The position numbers and the translations under genes are program-made. Source: Candidatus Woesearchaeota archaeon (GTDB lineage Archaea > Nanobdellota > Nanobdellia > Pacearchaeales > GW2011-AR1). From it: DNA of 35,711 nucleotides. Position 1 is the stretch's first letter. Each line of letters begins with the position of its first letter. This document shows, in pieces, positions 16,762 to 26,374 of this stretch. The stretch lies in the NCBI GenBank assembly GCA_964530955.1, contig CAZHCL010000010.1, forward strand, positions 1 through 35,711, read 5' to 3'. The notes under the pieces were generated by a model. The model was not told the origin of the DNA. It made no database searches and saw only the letters and a program-made list of their open reading frames with translations.

Positions 16762-17769
16762 ATGGGTTTGCAAATAGGAGATATTGTTCCACGAAAAGAA
16801 GTAAAGTTTGAGGAGCTTAAGGGCAAAGTAATAGCTGTGGACGCATTTAACGCTCTTTATCAGTTTTTATCAAGCGTAAGGCAGCCAGATGGAACCCCTC
16901 TTATGGATAATAAGGGTAGAGTGACTAGTCATTTGTCTGGTCTTTTTTACAGGAATCTTGCTTTGCTTTCTGAAGGGATTAGGTTAATTTATGTTTTTGA
17001 TGGAGAGTATCATTCTCTAAAGGGAAAGACTCATGAAATAAGGCAGGAGGCTAAGGATGCTGCGAAAGAGAAATATGAGCAGGCTGTTGAAGAACAGGAC
17101 ATTGAAGCAATGGGAAAGTATTCCAGAGGGTTTATCAAACTTAATTCTGAGATGATTGCTGAAAGCAAAGAACTTCTTGAATCGATGGGGATTGCTGTTG
17201 TGCAGGCTCCCGGAGAGGGAGAGATGCAATGTGCAGAACTTGTTAAGATGGGAGAGGCTTATGCTGTCGGCTCTCAAGATTATGATGCTCTTGCTGTTGG
17301 TGCTGATAGACTTATCCAGAATCTTACTCTTTCAAGAAAAAGAAAAACCCCAAGCGGATTTGTTTATATTGCTCCTGAGATGCTCGAATATCAAAAGTTG
17401 CTTAATGAACTTGCCATTGACCCTGATCAATTTATTTCTCTTGCAATTCTCGTTGGGACTGATTTTAATCCTGGAGGAATAAAGGGTATAGGCCCTAAAA
17501 AGGCGCTTGCTCTTGTAAGACAGAAAAAGTATCCTGTTGAAATATTTAAAGAAGTTGAAGAAAGGCTTGAGTTTAACTGGCAAGAAGTATTTGAGATATT
17601 TAAGAAGCCTAATGTGAAAAGGGAGAAAGTTGTTTTTCCCAAAGTAGATGAAGATAAGATTAAGGAAATACTTGTTACAAGACATAACTTTTCAACTGAA
17701 AGAGTTGAAAAGCAGCTTGAAAAGCTAAATGATGTTAAGAAACAGAGTGCTCAGAAAACTTTGTTTTAG
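16762..17769 (+). CDS. fen: flap endonuclease 1
   Basis: IAVDAFNALYQFL, RVTSHLSGLFYR, YVFDG, APGEGEMQ, SQDYD and GTDFNPGGIKGIGPKKAL. Confidence 0.97.
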   Translation: MGLQIGDIVPRKEVKFEELKGKVIAVDAFNALYQFLSSVRQPDGTPLMDNKGRVTSHLSGLFYRNLALLSEGIRLIYVFDGEYHSLKGKTHEIRQEAKDAAKEKYEQAVEEQDIEAMGKYSRGFIKLNSEMIAESKELLESMGIAVVQAPGEGEMQCAELVKMGEAYAVGSQDYDALAVGADRLIQNLTLSRKRKTPSGFVYIAPEMLEYQKLLNELAIDPDQFISLAILVGTDFNPGGIKGIGPKKALALVRQKKYPVEIFKEVEERLEFNWQEVFEIFKKPNVKREKVVFPKVDEDKIKEILVTRHNFSTERVEKQLEKLNDVKKQSAQKTLF

Positions 17770-17803
17770 AAAAGGATTTAAACATTGCATTTCATAAAAA
17801 TAT

Positions 17804-18343
17804 ATGAAAAAGGGATTTGCTTTGGTTTTTTTGTTAATTGTTTTATGCAATTTTGCATTGGCTGCCGAATCTACGCAAACTTTTCAGAATAATGTTGATA
17901 ATGCAATAACTACTCAGGTTAGCGTGCCTGCTAATCTGCAGATTCCTGCCAGAATATTGTTTGGATTTAACTCATCATTGGAAATAAGTCTGCAGAATTT
18001 GACCGTGCTTGTAATATTGTTTATTATTGTATTACTGATAGTTCATGAACTGGCTGTATTAATTTCCTCAAGAAATGGATTCATTGCTTGGGCGCTAGCT
18101 TTAGTTATTACCTGTTTGGTATCTTCTTCAGGAGGACTTCTTGGTGCAACTGCTTTTATTACTTCTAATATTGCGACACAGGGAGTTATCTCTCTTGCAT
18201 CATCAATACTTGTTTTGATTATTATTGCTTTTATTATTCTTTATCTCCTGAAAAAGATAGACCAAGAAAATGATACTCTCAGAAATGAGATGGCTGGTTT
18301 AAAAGTAGGAATTTCAAGCAAAAGCAAGATTTTCAAAGATTAG
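17804..18343 (+). CDS. multi-pass membrane protein of unknown function
   Basis: MKKG plus hydrophobic signal-like N-terminus, several TM segments and a charged C-terminal tail. Confidence 0.75.
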   Translation: MKKGFALVFLLIVLCNFALAAESTQTFQNNVDNAITTQVSVPANLQIPARILFGFNSSLEISLQNLTVLVILFIIVLLIVHELAVLISSRNGFIAWALALVITCLVSSSGGLLGATAFITSNIATQGVISLASSILVLIIIAFIILYLLKKIDQENDTLRNEMAGLKVGISSKSKIFKD

Positions 18344-18347
18344 CTTC

Positions 18348-19040
18348 TTAGGCTAAATCCTGTCCTTCCTTTACTCCCTTGACAAAAGCTTTTGCTTCAG
18401 AAACGCTTCTTTCAAGTTCTGCTCTTTTCTTTGCAGCTCTAACTGCCTTTATCTTACTTGAAATAGTTGCATCAATATAGTAAAATATTACCAGTATAAT
18501 AAATATTGAAAACCACATTATAAGACGTATCCACCAGACTTGCTGATTCATTATTATCTTAAGGACTGAGGCAGTTATTACCTTTAGTAAAGTTGCTTGC
18601 GCAACCAGTATCGCTATTCCAATGCTGATAATAAGAGCCTTCCAGCCTGATTGTGGGAAATATACTTTAAGAATTTTATAAGATATAACAAGCAAGAACA
18701 TCCAAAAGAGCAAGGTAAGGAAAAATGTGAGAGAAATGCTATATTGCTCATTGAAAAGAACAATAAATATTAATTGGTTTGTCATGAAAAAAGAATGTAT
18801 TTGTCCAATTACGGGGATTTTCGCTATCACGTTGCTCCATTCCTGAGATAAATACTGGTTTCTGATGCTATCTGCAGTTTGCTGAATATTGTTTGCTGTT
18901 TGCTGTGCACTATTCAGCTGATCCTGCAAGGCTTGTGTTGATGAAGTGTCTGCTGAGACGAAAGATAATATGTTACTAAGAAAAGTTGGCAGAATTAAGG
19001 ATATTAATAAGATACTCAGCAATGCACCTTTATTTTTCAT
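18348..19040 (-). CDS. multi-pass membrane protein of unknown function
   Basis: MKNKG signal-like start, Q/N-rich helix, 3 or more TM segments and a basic coiled tail. Confidence 0.75.
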   Translation of the reverse strand: MKNKGALLSILLISLILPTFLSNILSFVSADTSSTQALQDQLNSAQQTANNIQQTADSIRNQYLSQEWSNVIAKIPVIGQIHSFFMTNQLIFIVLFNEQYSISLTFFLTLLFWMFLLVISYKILKVYFPQSGWKALIISIGIAILVAQATLLKVITASVLKIIMNQQVWWIRLIMWFSIFIILVIFYYIDATISSKIKAVRAAKKRAELERSVSEAKAFVKGVKEGQDLA

Positions 19041-19080
19041 CTAATCAGCAAGGAATCCCAATTTTTAAAGATTTAGGAAA

Positions 19081-19911
19081 CTAGAATGATTGCCACTCTC
19101 TATAGTTTCCACCGAGTTCGTTTTGTCTCTTAACTAGTCTGTTCCACTTCGCCTTTAATGGTTTTGCTATTGTTTCATTTGGAGCACTTAGTATTTGTTC
19201 TCTAATTTCTTCTAGTTCGCTTGTTACTTGTGCTAAAGCTTCGGCATTTGCAGACTCTCTGGCGTTTTTAACTTGCTGTCTGAACAAGAAGAAGTAAATT
19301 TTATTGTCCCACAAGAACATTATTCCTGCCAGAATAAGAACTATTATGTATATCCACTGTCCATTTATTCCAACACTTGACCATGAACCTATTATTTTCA
19401 TTACTAACACCACTATGAAAATTATCCAAAGAAGTTTGCTTGTAAAATTCCTTCCTTCTTCGTGTTCCTTCTTGGATATAATTGCTATAAGAATGAAAGG
19501 AATTATGGCTGTAAGTGTTATTCCCAGAGCACTATATGACACTATTACTGTGTAAACATCTTGTGCATTCAAGTATAATGTAGCCAATAATCCAATTATT
19601 ATTGATATTGCCCATTTTACATATACATGCTGACTTATATATGGGATAAAATCAGAAATAGCATATATAATTAAAGCAATTAAGAAAAAAATCAATATCT
19701 TTGCGAAACCAATATTATTAAAGTTTAAAAATGCATTAAGAAAACTTCCATCTCCGTTGAATATGTTTGAGATCCCATTACCGATGTTAGATGCAACTTG
19801 TCCTGGTGAAGGAACACTAGTAGTATCGGCAGCAGAAACGAAAGACAGCGCTACAAATGATAGAAGAAGAGAAGCAATAAAGCAAAAAACTACCTTACCC
19901 ATTTTTTTCAT
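19081..19911 (-). CDS. multi-pass membrane protein of unknown function (paralog of 20041-20826)
   Basis: Signal-like start, ~5 TM segments, FAKIL...ISIIIGLLA..Y...Y.ALG...IPF pattern and a C-terminal coiled coil. Confidence 0.8.
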   Translation of the reverse strand: MKKMGKVVFCFIASLLLSFVALSFVSAADTTSVPSPGQVASNIGNGISNIFNGDGSFLNAFLNFNNIGFAKILIFFLIALIIYAISDFIPYISQHVYVKWAISIIIGLLATLYLNAQDVYTVIVSYSALGITLTAIIPFILIAIISKKEHEEGRNFTSKLLWIIFIVVLVMKIIGSWSSVGINGQWIYIIVLILAGIMFLWDNKIYFFLFRQQVKNARESANAEALAQVTSELEEIREQILSAPNETIAKPLKAKWNRLVKRQNELGGNYREWQSF

Positions 19912-20040
19912 ATTCTACCTACAGTGAACGGCTTTATAAATCTTTTTCTTAAAAAGTCGTTTAACCCTAGTGATGATTTAAAAAAGATACCTTTAATTAA
20001 ACAGAGGAATGTTTTTAAAGTTCTTTCGATTAGAAAAAAG

Positions 20041-20826
20041 ATGAAAAGAGGAATTTATGGCTTGTTTGCTTTATTGGCATTTAGTCTAATTTTTGCAATT
20101 CCTTCTGCTTCTGCGCTTATGGATGTAGGTAGTTTTATCACTAATGTTATTCAGAGCATTGAAAGTATAGGCACCCCAATATTTAGCGCTCTTTTTGGAA
20201 TATATCAGTCTGATGAATTTTTGTTCGCCAAAATATTGCTCTTTGTTCTTTTGTTTATTCTTATAAAGATAGGAATTAAAGCTACACCTAAATTAGGAGA
20301 GAAGCCAGCGATAGTTAATATTATTTCTCTTGTTATTTCATTGTTTGCCATAAGGTATATCTCTGAAAATGATTTGACTAGAGGAATTTTCTTGCCTTAT
20401 GGAACTTTAGGGGTAGCCATCGCAACTCTCTTACCTTTTGTGATATACTTCTTTTTTGTTGAAAAGACTATTTCTTCAGGTGCAGGAAGGAAAATGGCTT
20501 GGCTCTTGTTTGTTGTGATATTCTCTGCTTTGTGGTTTAATCGTGTAAACTCTCCAGAAGGTCTCCCAGATGTATCGAACTACATTTATATGGCTGTTGT
20601 TATTCTTGGAGTAATTCTATTCTTCTTTGATAAAGCTGTTAAGAAATATTTTGACAGAAGGGCTAATTATGCGAGCGTGATTAGTGCTATCAATAGAAAA
20701 ATTCTTGATTTGCAGTATAAATATGATCGTTATATAAATATTGATAATGATATTGCTAAAGAGGAAAGGAAAAAGATACTTAAGCAGATAAAAGAATTAG
20801 AGGATGAGAAACACAAGTATAGTTGA
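20041..20826 (+). CDS. multi-pass membrane protein of unknown function (paralog of 19081-19911)
   Basis: MKRG signal-like ATG at 20041 preferred over the GTG at 19924; FAKIL...ISLVISLFA..Y...YGTLG...LPF pattern. Confidence 0.8.
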   Translation: MKRGIYGLFALLAFSLIFAIPSASALMDVGSFITNVIQSIESIGTPIFSALFGIYQSDEFLFAKILLFVLLFILIKIGIKATPKLGEKPAIVNIISLVISLFAIRYISENDLTRGIFLPYGTLGVAIATLLPFVIYFFFVEKTISSGAGRKMAWLLFVVIFSALWFNRVNSPEGLPDVSNYIYMAVVILGVILFFFDKAVKKYFDRRANYASVISAINRKILDLQYKYDRYINIDNDIAKEERKKILKQIKELEDEKHKYS

Positions 20827-20861
20827 TAATTTAGAATAATATTAGATAAAATAATTAATTT

Positions 20862-21125
20862 TTACTTTCCTAATCGTCTAAAACCTACGACTTCTTTGCC
20901 TTGATAAATAGGAACTTCAGCTGATTTTTGGCTTGAACTGCCCGATTTCATTATAGGGATTATCCCGATAACAACTATTACTAGTCCTATAATCATCAGA
21001 ACGGTGTTCGATATGGATGCTGGAATGAATTTAAGTGCCGTTCTGAGAGCTGGAACTACTCCTAATGCAATCACTACTACTCCAAGAACTGCTGCGATAT
21101 AACCTATGATTTTTCCTATCCCCAT
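20862..21125 (-). CDS. small two-TM membrane protein
   Basis: Two hydrophobic segments and a VPIYQGKEVVGFRR C-terminal beta-hairpin-like tail. Confidence 0.75.
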   Translation of the reverse strand: MGIGKIIGYIAAVLGVVVIALGVVPALRTALKFIPASISNTVLMIIGLVIVVIGIIPIMKSGSSSQKSAEVPIYQGKEVVGFRRLGK

Positions 21126-21230
21126 TTTTCCTCTCTTTTATACTATTATCTTAATAAACTAATATTTAAATGTTTCTTGTTCCTCGTATTATTCAGTTAG
21201 GTATTTAAGCTAAATTTGATAATTTTATTC

Positions 21231-22004
21231 ATGGAAGGATATGATATTATCGGGAATATTGCCATTGTAAAGTTTGATAGGAAGGAAAGCAGCAAAGGTA
21301 AAAAATTATTTGCTAAGAAGTTGCTCTCTCAGCATAAAAGCCTTTTGACTGTTCTTGAAAAGAAAAGTAAGTTTAGCGGAAGATTGAGAACATTAAAAAC
21401 TTCATTTATTTCTGGAATGAAAACTAAAGAGGCTATTTACAAGGAGAATAATTGTTTTTTTAGATTGAATGTTGATACTTGTTATTTTTCCCCTCGACTA
21501 GGTAATGAGAGGCTTGAAATTGCTAAAAAAATAAAGAAAGGAGAGAATGTGCTTGTCCTATTTGGGGGGGTTGCGCCTTTTGCAATTGTGATTGCAAAGA
21601 ATTCTTCTGCTGGAAAAGTGGTTTCTGTTGAACTGGGTAGAGAATGCAATAAATATGCTCTTGAAAATGTAAAGAAGAATAAGCTGACTGGAAAAGTAGA
21701 TATTGTTCAGGGAGATGTCAGAAAAGTGCTTCCTAAAATGAAAGAGAAATTTGACCGGATTGTAATGGCAAGGCCAAATCTTTCTGATTCTTTCTTGGAT
21801 GTCTCTTTTCCTAAAATAAAGAAAAACGGAGTAATTCATTATTATGGGTTTTATCCTGAAAGCGAAGTTGAAAATTTAAAGAAGTTGATTGAGCAGCAGG
21901 CTAAAAAGGCAAAGAAGAAAATTAAAATACTAAAGATAAAGAAAGCAGGAGATATAGGGATGAGGAAATTCAGGTATAGGGTAGATTTTAAAGTACTTAA
22001 TTGA
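21231..22004 (+). CDS. Trm5/Tyw2(Taw2)-family tRNA SAM-dependent transferase (Met-10+-like)
   Basis: YDIIGNIAI, KENNC.F.L.V...YFSPRL..ER, VLFGGVAPFAI, GDV and FDRIVM; ATG 21231 preferred over TTG 21216. Confidence 0.85.
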   Translation: MEGYDIIGNIAIVKFDRKESSKGKKLFAKKLLSQHKSLLTVLEKKSKFSGRLRTLKTSFISGMKTKEAIYKENNCFFRLNVDTCYFSPRLGNERLEIAKKIKKGENVLVLFGGVAPFAIVIAKNSSAGKVVSVELGRECNKYALENVKKNKLTGKVDIVQGDVRKVLPKMKEKFDRIVMARPNLSDSFLDVSFPKIKKNGVIHYYGFYPESEVENLKKLIEQQAKKAKKKIKILKIKKAGDIGMRKFRYRVDFKVLN

Positions 22005-22605
22005 TAATATCTACATTAAGAGAGCCACCGAATCTTTTTTGGTAATTGTTATAATTTTCTGGAGTGTTGTCTGCTTTAAGTCTTTCAATTTGAGTTTCAA
22101 GATTGAATCCTGGAAAAATAGATTTGAGCGCTTTTTCTATTGATTCATAACCTAAATTTGTGTGTAAGGGTCTATCTGATCTTATTTTACTTCCTGGAAA
22201 CCTAACGAACTTGACTTGGCGAATGTCTTTCCTTCCATCATACTCTCCTCTTCCTACTTTAGCTATATTTCCGCTATGATAATTAATGTAATACTTTCCC
22301 GTAGGGTCTGTAAATTCAACTGCGAAGTGGAGTCTATTGAATGGGAATTCTCTTGTTTTTTCATGTTCTTCTATTGCTAAGGCGCATTCAATTTCTTTTT
22401 CTTTTATTTTTGCCATTGAAGCTAGTGAAAGGTCCAGGCAAGGGTTCATGAAGAAAGTATTTCCTTCTTTGATTATTATATTTCCTGAGCGTTTTGCAAA
22501 CAATCTGTCTACTTCCTCGTTTGTCCAGGGAACGCGTAGAATTAATCTATCTATTTCTTCTATTAATCTATATGCAAAAATTATCCCTTCTGTTCTAGCT
22601 TCCAT
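21997..22605 (-). CDS. hypothetical protein
   Basis: 202-aa ORF; Cys (NPCLD) and His (LHFAVE) spacing is faintly transglutaminase/papain-like. Confidence 0.55.
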   Translation of the reverse strand: MEARTEGIIFAYRLIEEIDRLILRVPWTNEEVDRLFAKRSGNIIIKEGNTFFMNPCLDLSLASMAKIKEKEIECALAIEEHEKTREFPFNRLHFAVEFTDPTGKYYINYHSGNIAKVGRGEYDGRKDIRQVKFVRFPGSKIRSDRPLHTNLGYESIEKALKSIFPGFNLETQIERLKADNTPENYNNYQKRFGGSLNVDIIN

Positions 22606-22659
22606 AAATTTTATTCAATGAAGAACGTTTTAATCTTTGTTATAATCTATTATTCTATT

Positions 22660-25272
22660 TTATAACTTTATATCTGCTTTTACTGCCGAAGGGGCTTCTC
22701 CGCCATGCCAGGTAAATCTTGGTCTTACTCTTATTGGATAAATTCTTTCTGAATTGTCATCTAAAAGCAAAGCTGAACCTTTCAGTGATGGTAGATTGTC
22801 CATTTGTTGCTTTATATTTTCTAAAAGATAGGTCTGCATTATTTCATTCAATGCTTCTATGTCTGGTTTCGCCGTAACTCTGTGCGCTATTACTATATCT
22901 GACTGGGTCATTACATCTTTATGTATTTGCCCTGGCTGTTGGGTTGCAAGGACGAGAGAAATCCCTGGCTGTCTTCCTTCTCTTAGGAGTTGTATTAATG
23001 AATCGCTTGCGGGAGTTTTACCTTCTTTTGGAAGAAACTCGTGAGCTTCATCAATAAATATCCAAATTAAAGGTGCATTGTCTCCTGATTTGTAAGATAA
23101 ATAATCTTGCCCATGTTGAATGGCTTCCATTTCCTCTTTTCTCCTTTCATCCATCCTTGCTTGGAAAAGTTTTTTACATATTATACTTATAACCAGTGCT
23201 CTGACATTGAAAGAGCCTATTGAACTGTAAACAGAGACATCAAGAATAGTTGAAGCTCCCCTGGTTGCGAGATCTGATATTTCTGTTCCTATATTTGTTC
23301 TTGCGAAAATTCCCCAGGTGTCTGCTGCCTTAAATAATGAAGATGCTATTTCTTTTGTTTCTGGCGATGCATCAGTGTCTTTTGCTATGGCCTCAATTAT
23401 ATCTGAAATTGAAAACGTAGAGGATGCTTCTTTAAGTGAGGTTATTATTCTTTCTATTAAAGCAGCTGTTAAGGTTGTGAATTGAAGGTTGAATAACTGG
23501 GTCCAGTCTTCTGCTTCAAGTTCTGATGCTTTCAATGCGAAGGTTGAATCGAAGGGTATTCCCTTGAGCTTGTATTCATCTACTTTTCCAAACGGAACGA
23601 AAACTTTTACAGGCAAAGCTTTAGTTTTTAATTCCCATTCTTTTAGTAATGAAGAATCTTTTTCATTTTCATACTTCATTGTCCAGAATATTCCCATCGT
23701 ATCAAAAATCAATGAAGCGATATTCTTTGAAGTCTCGCTTGGCAAAGAAGATATTTCTTCAGCTATTGCTCCTAGAGTGTAGCTATTGTGTACAATAATA
23801 TCATTTGCTACAAAATTATGGTTTTTTGGAACGCAGATATCATAGACAGTAAACTCTCCTTCTAGGATTTCCATAGACATAATCTCGTCCCAGAATATGT
23901 CTGACTGCGCCAAAGTCATCAACGGATTTGAATTTTCTACTTTTGCCACTTGCATAAGAGTTTGCCTTGATGGGGCGTAAAACATTCTTTCTCTCATTGC
24001 TTTTGGATGTTTATATCCTAATTCTCTTCCTATGTCAGTCCAGTTTTTTGGTTTGTACATTTCCCAAACTTCTTTCGGTATCGTATCTATATTGGGATTT
24101 CTTTGCTTTGAAGATATTTCTTTTTTTGCAATCATTTGTTTTTCTGCCTTCACTCCAAAAAAGCCTATTTCTTCTATGAATTTCAGCGAATTCTCTGCGT
24201 TAATGACAAGTTCATAAGCATCAAATATTTTATCGTTGTTTTTTACTTTTTTACTTCTTAGTTTAGATATTACTCCAAATCTCAGCAATAAATCCTGCAC
24301 TTGCTTAATCATTTTATTAGAAGAAGAGGCGTAAGACATTTGCCAATAGTTATTTGTCTTGAATATGCTTCCATCACAACTAAATAACCTATTTAGGAAA
24401 AGTGAAAGCTTATCTTTTTTCAATTTCATTATATTGTCTGAAAGATTTTTTTCAACAGATAGTTTGTTATATAATCCTTCTCTCTCAATTAATTCTCTGA
24501 TACTTCTTTTCTTGTAAACATTTTTAGCTCCCTTTATGAATTGTCCGAATTTATTTCTTCTTTCATCTTTTTTTAAAACTTGATTTTGCCATTTCGGGGA
24601 AGAAATTCTATAATGGGCTTCTCTTTCTTTTATTAACTTTAGAGATTCATCAAACTTATTTAACGATTCAGAAAATTCATTGACTATTTTTTCATCATTA
24701 TTAGCAAATAGGACAATTGATTTTGTGTGTCCTTCTGCTATTAAATAAGCAAGAATTTTTATTTCATGTTCTGGCATTTCTTTCTCTCCAAAAGCAGGTA
24801 TTCTTCTAGGCGTTGCAATTCTACTTCCAATGGTCAGTTTTTGTGTTTCTTCCCAACCCTTTATTGTCAATAGTGGATGTTCTGGAGTAAGCTTAATTTC
24901 TTTTCCACTTCTTAGTCTTAACTTGATAAGTTTGTTAGTTTTTCTTGAAAAGAAATCTGACTTTTCTGCTTGTTCTATTTTTAATTGGTCATTCAAAGAA
25001 ATAATTCTTTCTGTATTTTTTTCTAAATATTTTATAGGAACTTGTGAGCCATTTGCTAATGTTATCAATGTGTCTTCATGCAAACACTTGCCACTTCCCC
25101 TCTTACCAGCTATCATAATTACGTGGGATCTTGCAACATCCATCCAAATTTTGTTTGAAAGTGATGTGTAGTTTCCCATCTTTACATATCCTTTACCAAG
25201 AAATATTAATCCTTTGTCACCAAATTTTTCCTTGTCTGCACTGTCTCTTCCAACTAAAATATCAAACGCCAT
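22660..25272 (-). CDS. HerA/FtsK-like (DUF87-type) P-loop ATPase, interrupted by an intein
   Basis: Walker A GKRGSGK|S, IFDTMG, Walker B WIFIDEAH and REGRQPGISLVLATQQP; spliced product 436 aa. Confidence 0.88.
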   Translation of the reverse strand: MAFDILVGRDSADKEKFGDKGLIFLGKGYVKMGNYTSLSNKIWMDVARSHVIMIAGKRGSGKCLHEDTLITLANGSQVPIKYLEKNTERIISLNDQLKIEQAEKSDFFSRKTNKLIKLRLRSGKEIKLTPEHPLLTIKGWEETQKLTIGSRIATPRRIPAFGEKEMPEHEIKILAYLIAEGHTKSIVLFANNDEKIVNEFSESLNKFDESLKLIKEREAHYRISSPKWQNQVLKKDERRNKFGQFIKGAKNVYKKRSIRELIEREGLYNKLSVEKNLSDNIMKLKKDKLSLFLNRLFSCDGSIFKTNNYWQMSYASSSNKMIKQVQDLLLRFGVISKLRSKKVKNNDKIFDAYELVINAENSLKFIEEIGFFGVKAEKQMIAKKEISSKQRNPNIDTIPKEVWEMYKPKNWTDIGRELGYKHPKAMRERMFYAPSRQTLMQVAKVENSNPLMTLAQSDIFWDEIMSMEILEGEFTVYDICVPKNHNFVANDIIVHNSYTLGAIAEEISSLPSETSKNIASLIFDTMGIFWTMKYENEKDSSLLKEWELKTKALPVKVFVPFGKVDEYKLKGIPFDSTFALKASELEAEDWTQLFNLQFTTLTAALIERIITSLKEASSTFSISDIIEAIAKDTDASPETKEIASSLFKAADTWGIFARTNIGTEISDLATRGASTILDVSVYSSIGSFNVRALVISIICKKLFQARMDERRKEEMEAIQHGQDYLSYKSGDNAPLIWIFIDEAHEFLPKEGKTPASDSLIQLLREGRQPGISLVLATQQPGQIHKDVMTQSDIVIAHRVTAKPDIEALNEIMQTYLLENIKQQMDNLPSLKGSALLLDDNSERIYPIRVRPRFTWHGGEAPSAVKADIKL
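23785..25086 (-). mobile_element. intein with LAGLIDADG homing endonuclease (434 aa)
   Basis: Starts CLHEDT after GSGK; block B LTPEHPLLT; LAYLIAEG and FLNRLFSCDG; LLLRFG; ends YDICV...NFVANDIIVHN followed by Ser. Confidence 0.95.
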
Positions 25273-25368
25273 GAATTATTCAGAATAACATATTTATTAA
25301 ATGTTTTGAGTTCTGCAAAGCAAATCTTTCAAAAGGTTTTTAAAGTAGAAGATTTTGAGAGTGGCATT

Positions 25369-26373
25369 ATGGCTGAACATACTGAAAAAAAGAAAGAAGA
25401 TGTCATCGAGATTCCTGTTGGAAGTTTTCTTAGAAAAATAAGGAACAATCCTTGGATCATTGCATCAATTGTTCTTTTTGTTTTGCTTATTATCTCTCTT
25501 TTCATGAGAAGTGGAGTTTCAGGACAGGTAAGTGCAAATCAAGCTGGTCAGAATCTTGTTTCTTTTATTAATGGTTTAGGAAATGGACAGGCACAGCTTG
25601 TTTCTTCTGTGCAGCAGGGATCTCTTTACAATGTAACTGTTAATTATCAGTCACAAAAAATTTCTGTTTATGTTACATTGGATGGAAAGAATTTAATTAC
25701 TCAGCCAGTTCCTCTTACTTCTGGTTCTTCTGGTAATCAGGCGGCTAGTGGTTCAGGTAATGTTGCATCGACTCAAAGAGTCAATATTACTATTGGAAAT
25801 GCTCCAGTTATAGGGAATGTAAGCGCTCCAGTTACTATTGTTGAGTTTGCAGATTTTTCATGCCCTTATTGTGAGGCTGCATCTGGAGATAATGCTCAAA
25901 TGAGCGCCGCAATGCAACAGCAAAGTTCTGGGTGGGAGCCAATAGTTACTAACCTTATGAAGGATTATGTTGCTACGGGTAAAGTAAGATTCGCAGTTAA
26001 ATATGATATAGGACATACTGGAGGGCATCCCGCTCAATTAGTTGCATGGTGTTTGAATGATCAGAGTTCTGCTCTTTATTGGAAGTTTTATTCAGACACT
26101 TTTGCTCACCAGAGTGCAGATACTGAAAATATTACTTTGATGGAAAGCGATGCTAAGTCTCTTGGAGCAGATATGGTTAAGTTACAGAGTTGTCTTGACT
26201 CCAATAAATATCAATCAAGATTTGATCAGGAACAGAGCGAAGCTACTAAGGCAGGAGTTTCTGGAACACCAGCATTCTTTATTAATGGAAGATTGGTTGA
26301 GGGAGCAGTTCCTTATTCACAATTCAAACAAATTATAGATTCTGAATTAAATAGCCAAACTGGAGGTTATTAA
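25369..26373 (+). CDS. membrane-anchored DsbA/thioredoxin-fold oxidoreductase
   Basis: N-terminal TM, VTIVEFADFSCPYC and GVSGTPAFFING; ATG 25369 preferred over TTG 25306. Confidence 0.9.
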   Translation: MAEHTEKKKEDVIEIPVGSFLRKIRNNPWIIASIVLFVLLIISLFMRSGVSGQVSANQAGQNLVSFINGLGNGQAQLVSSVQQGSLYNVTVNYQSQKISVYVTLDGKNLITQPVPLTSGSSGNQAASGSGNVASTQRVNITIGNAPVIGNVSAPVTIVEFADFSCPYCEAASGDNAQMSAAMQQQSSGWEPIVTNLMKDYVATGKVRFAVKYDIGHTGGHPAQLVAWCLNDQSSALYWKFYSDTFAHQSADTENITLMESDAKSLGADMVKLQSCLDSNKYQSRFDQEQSEATKAGVSGTPAFFINGRLVEGAVPYSQFKQIIDSELNSQTGGY

Positions 26374-26374
26374 A

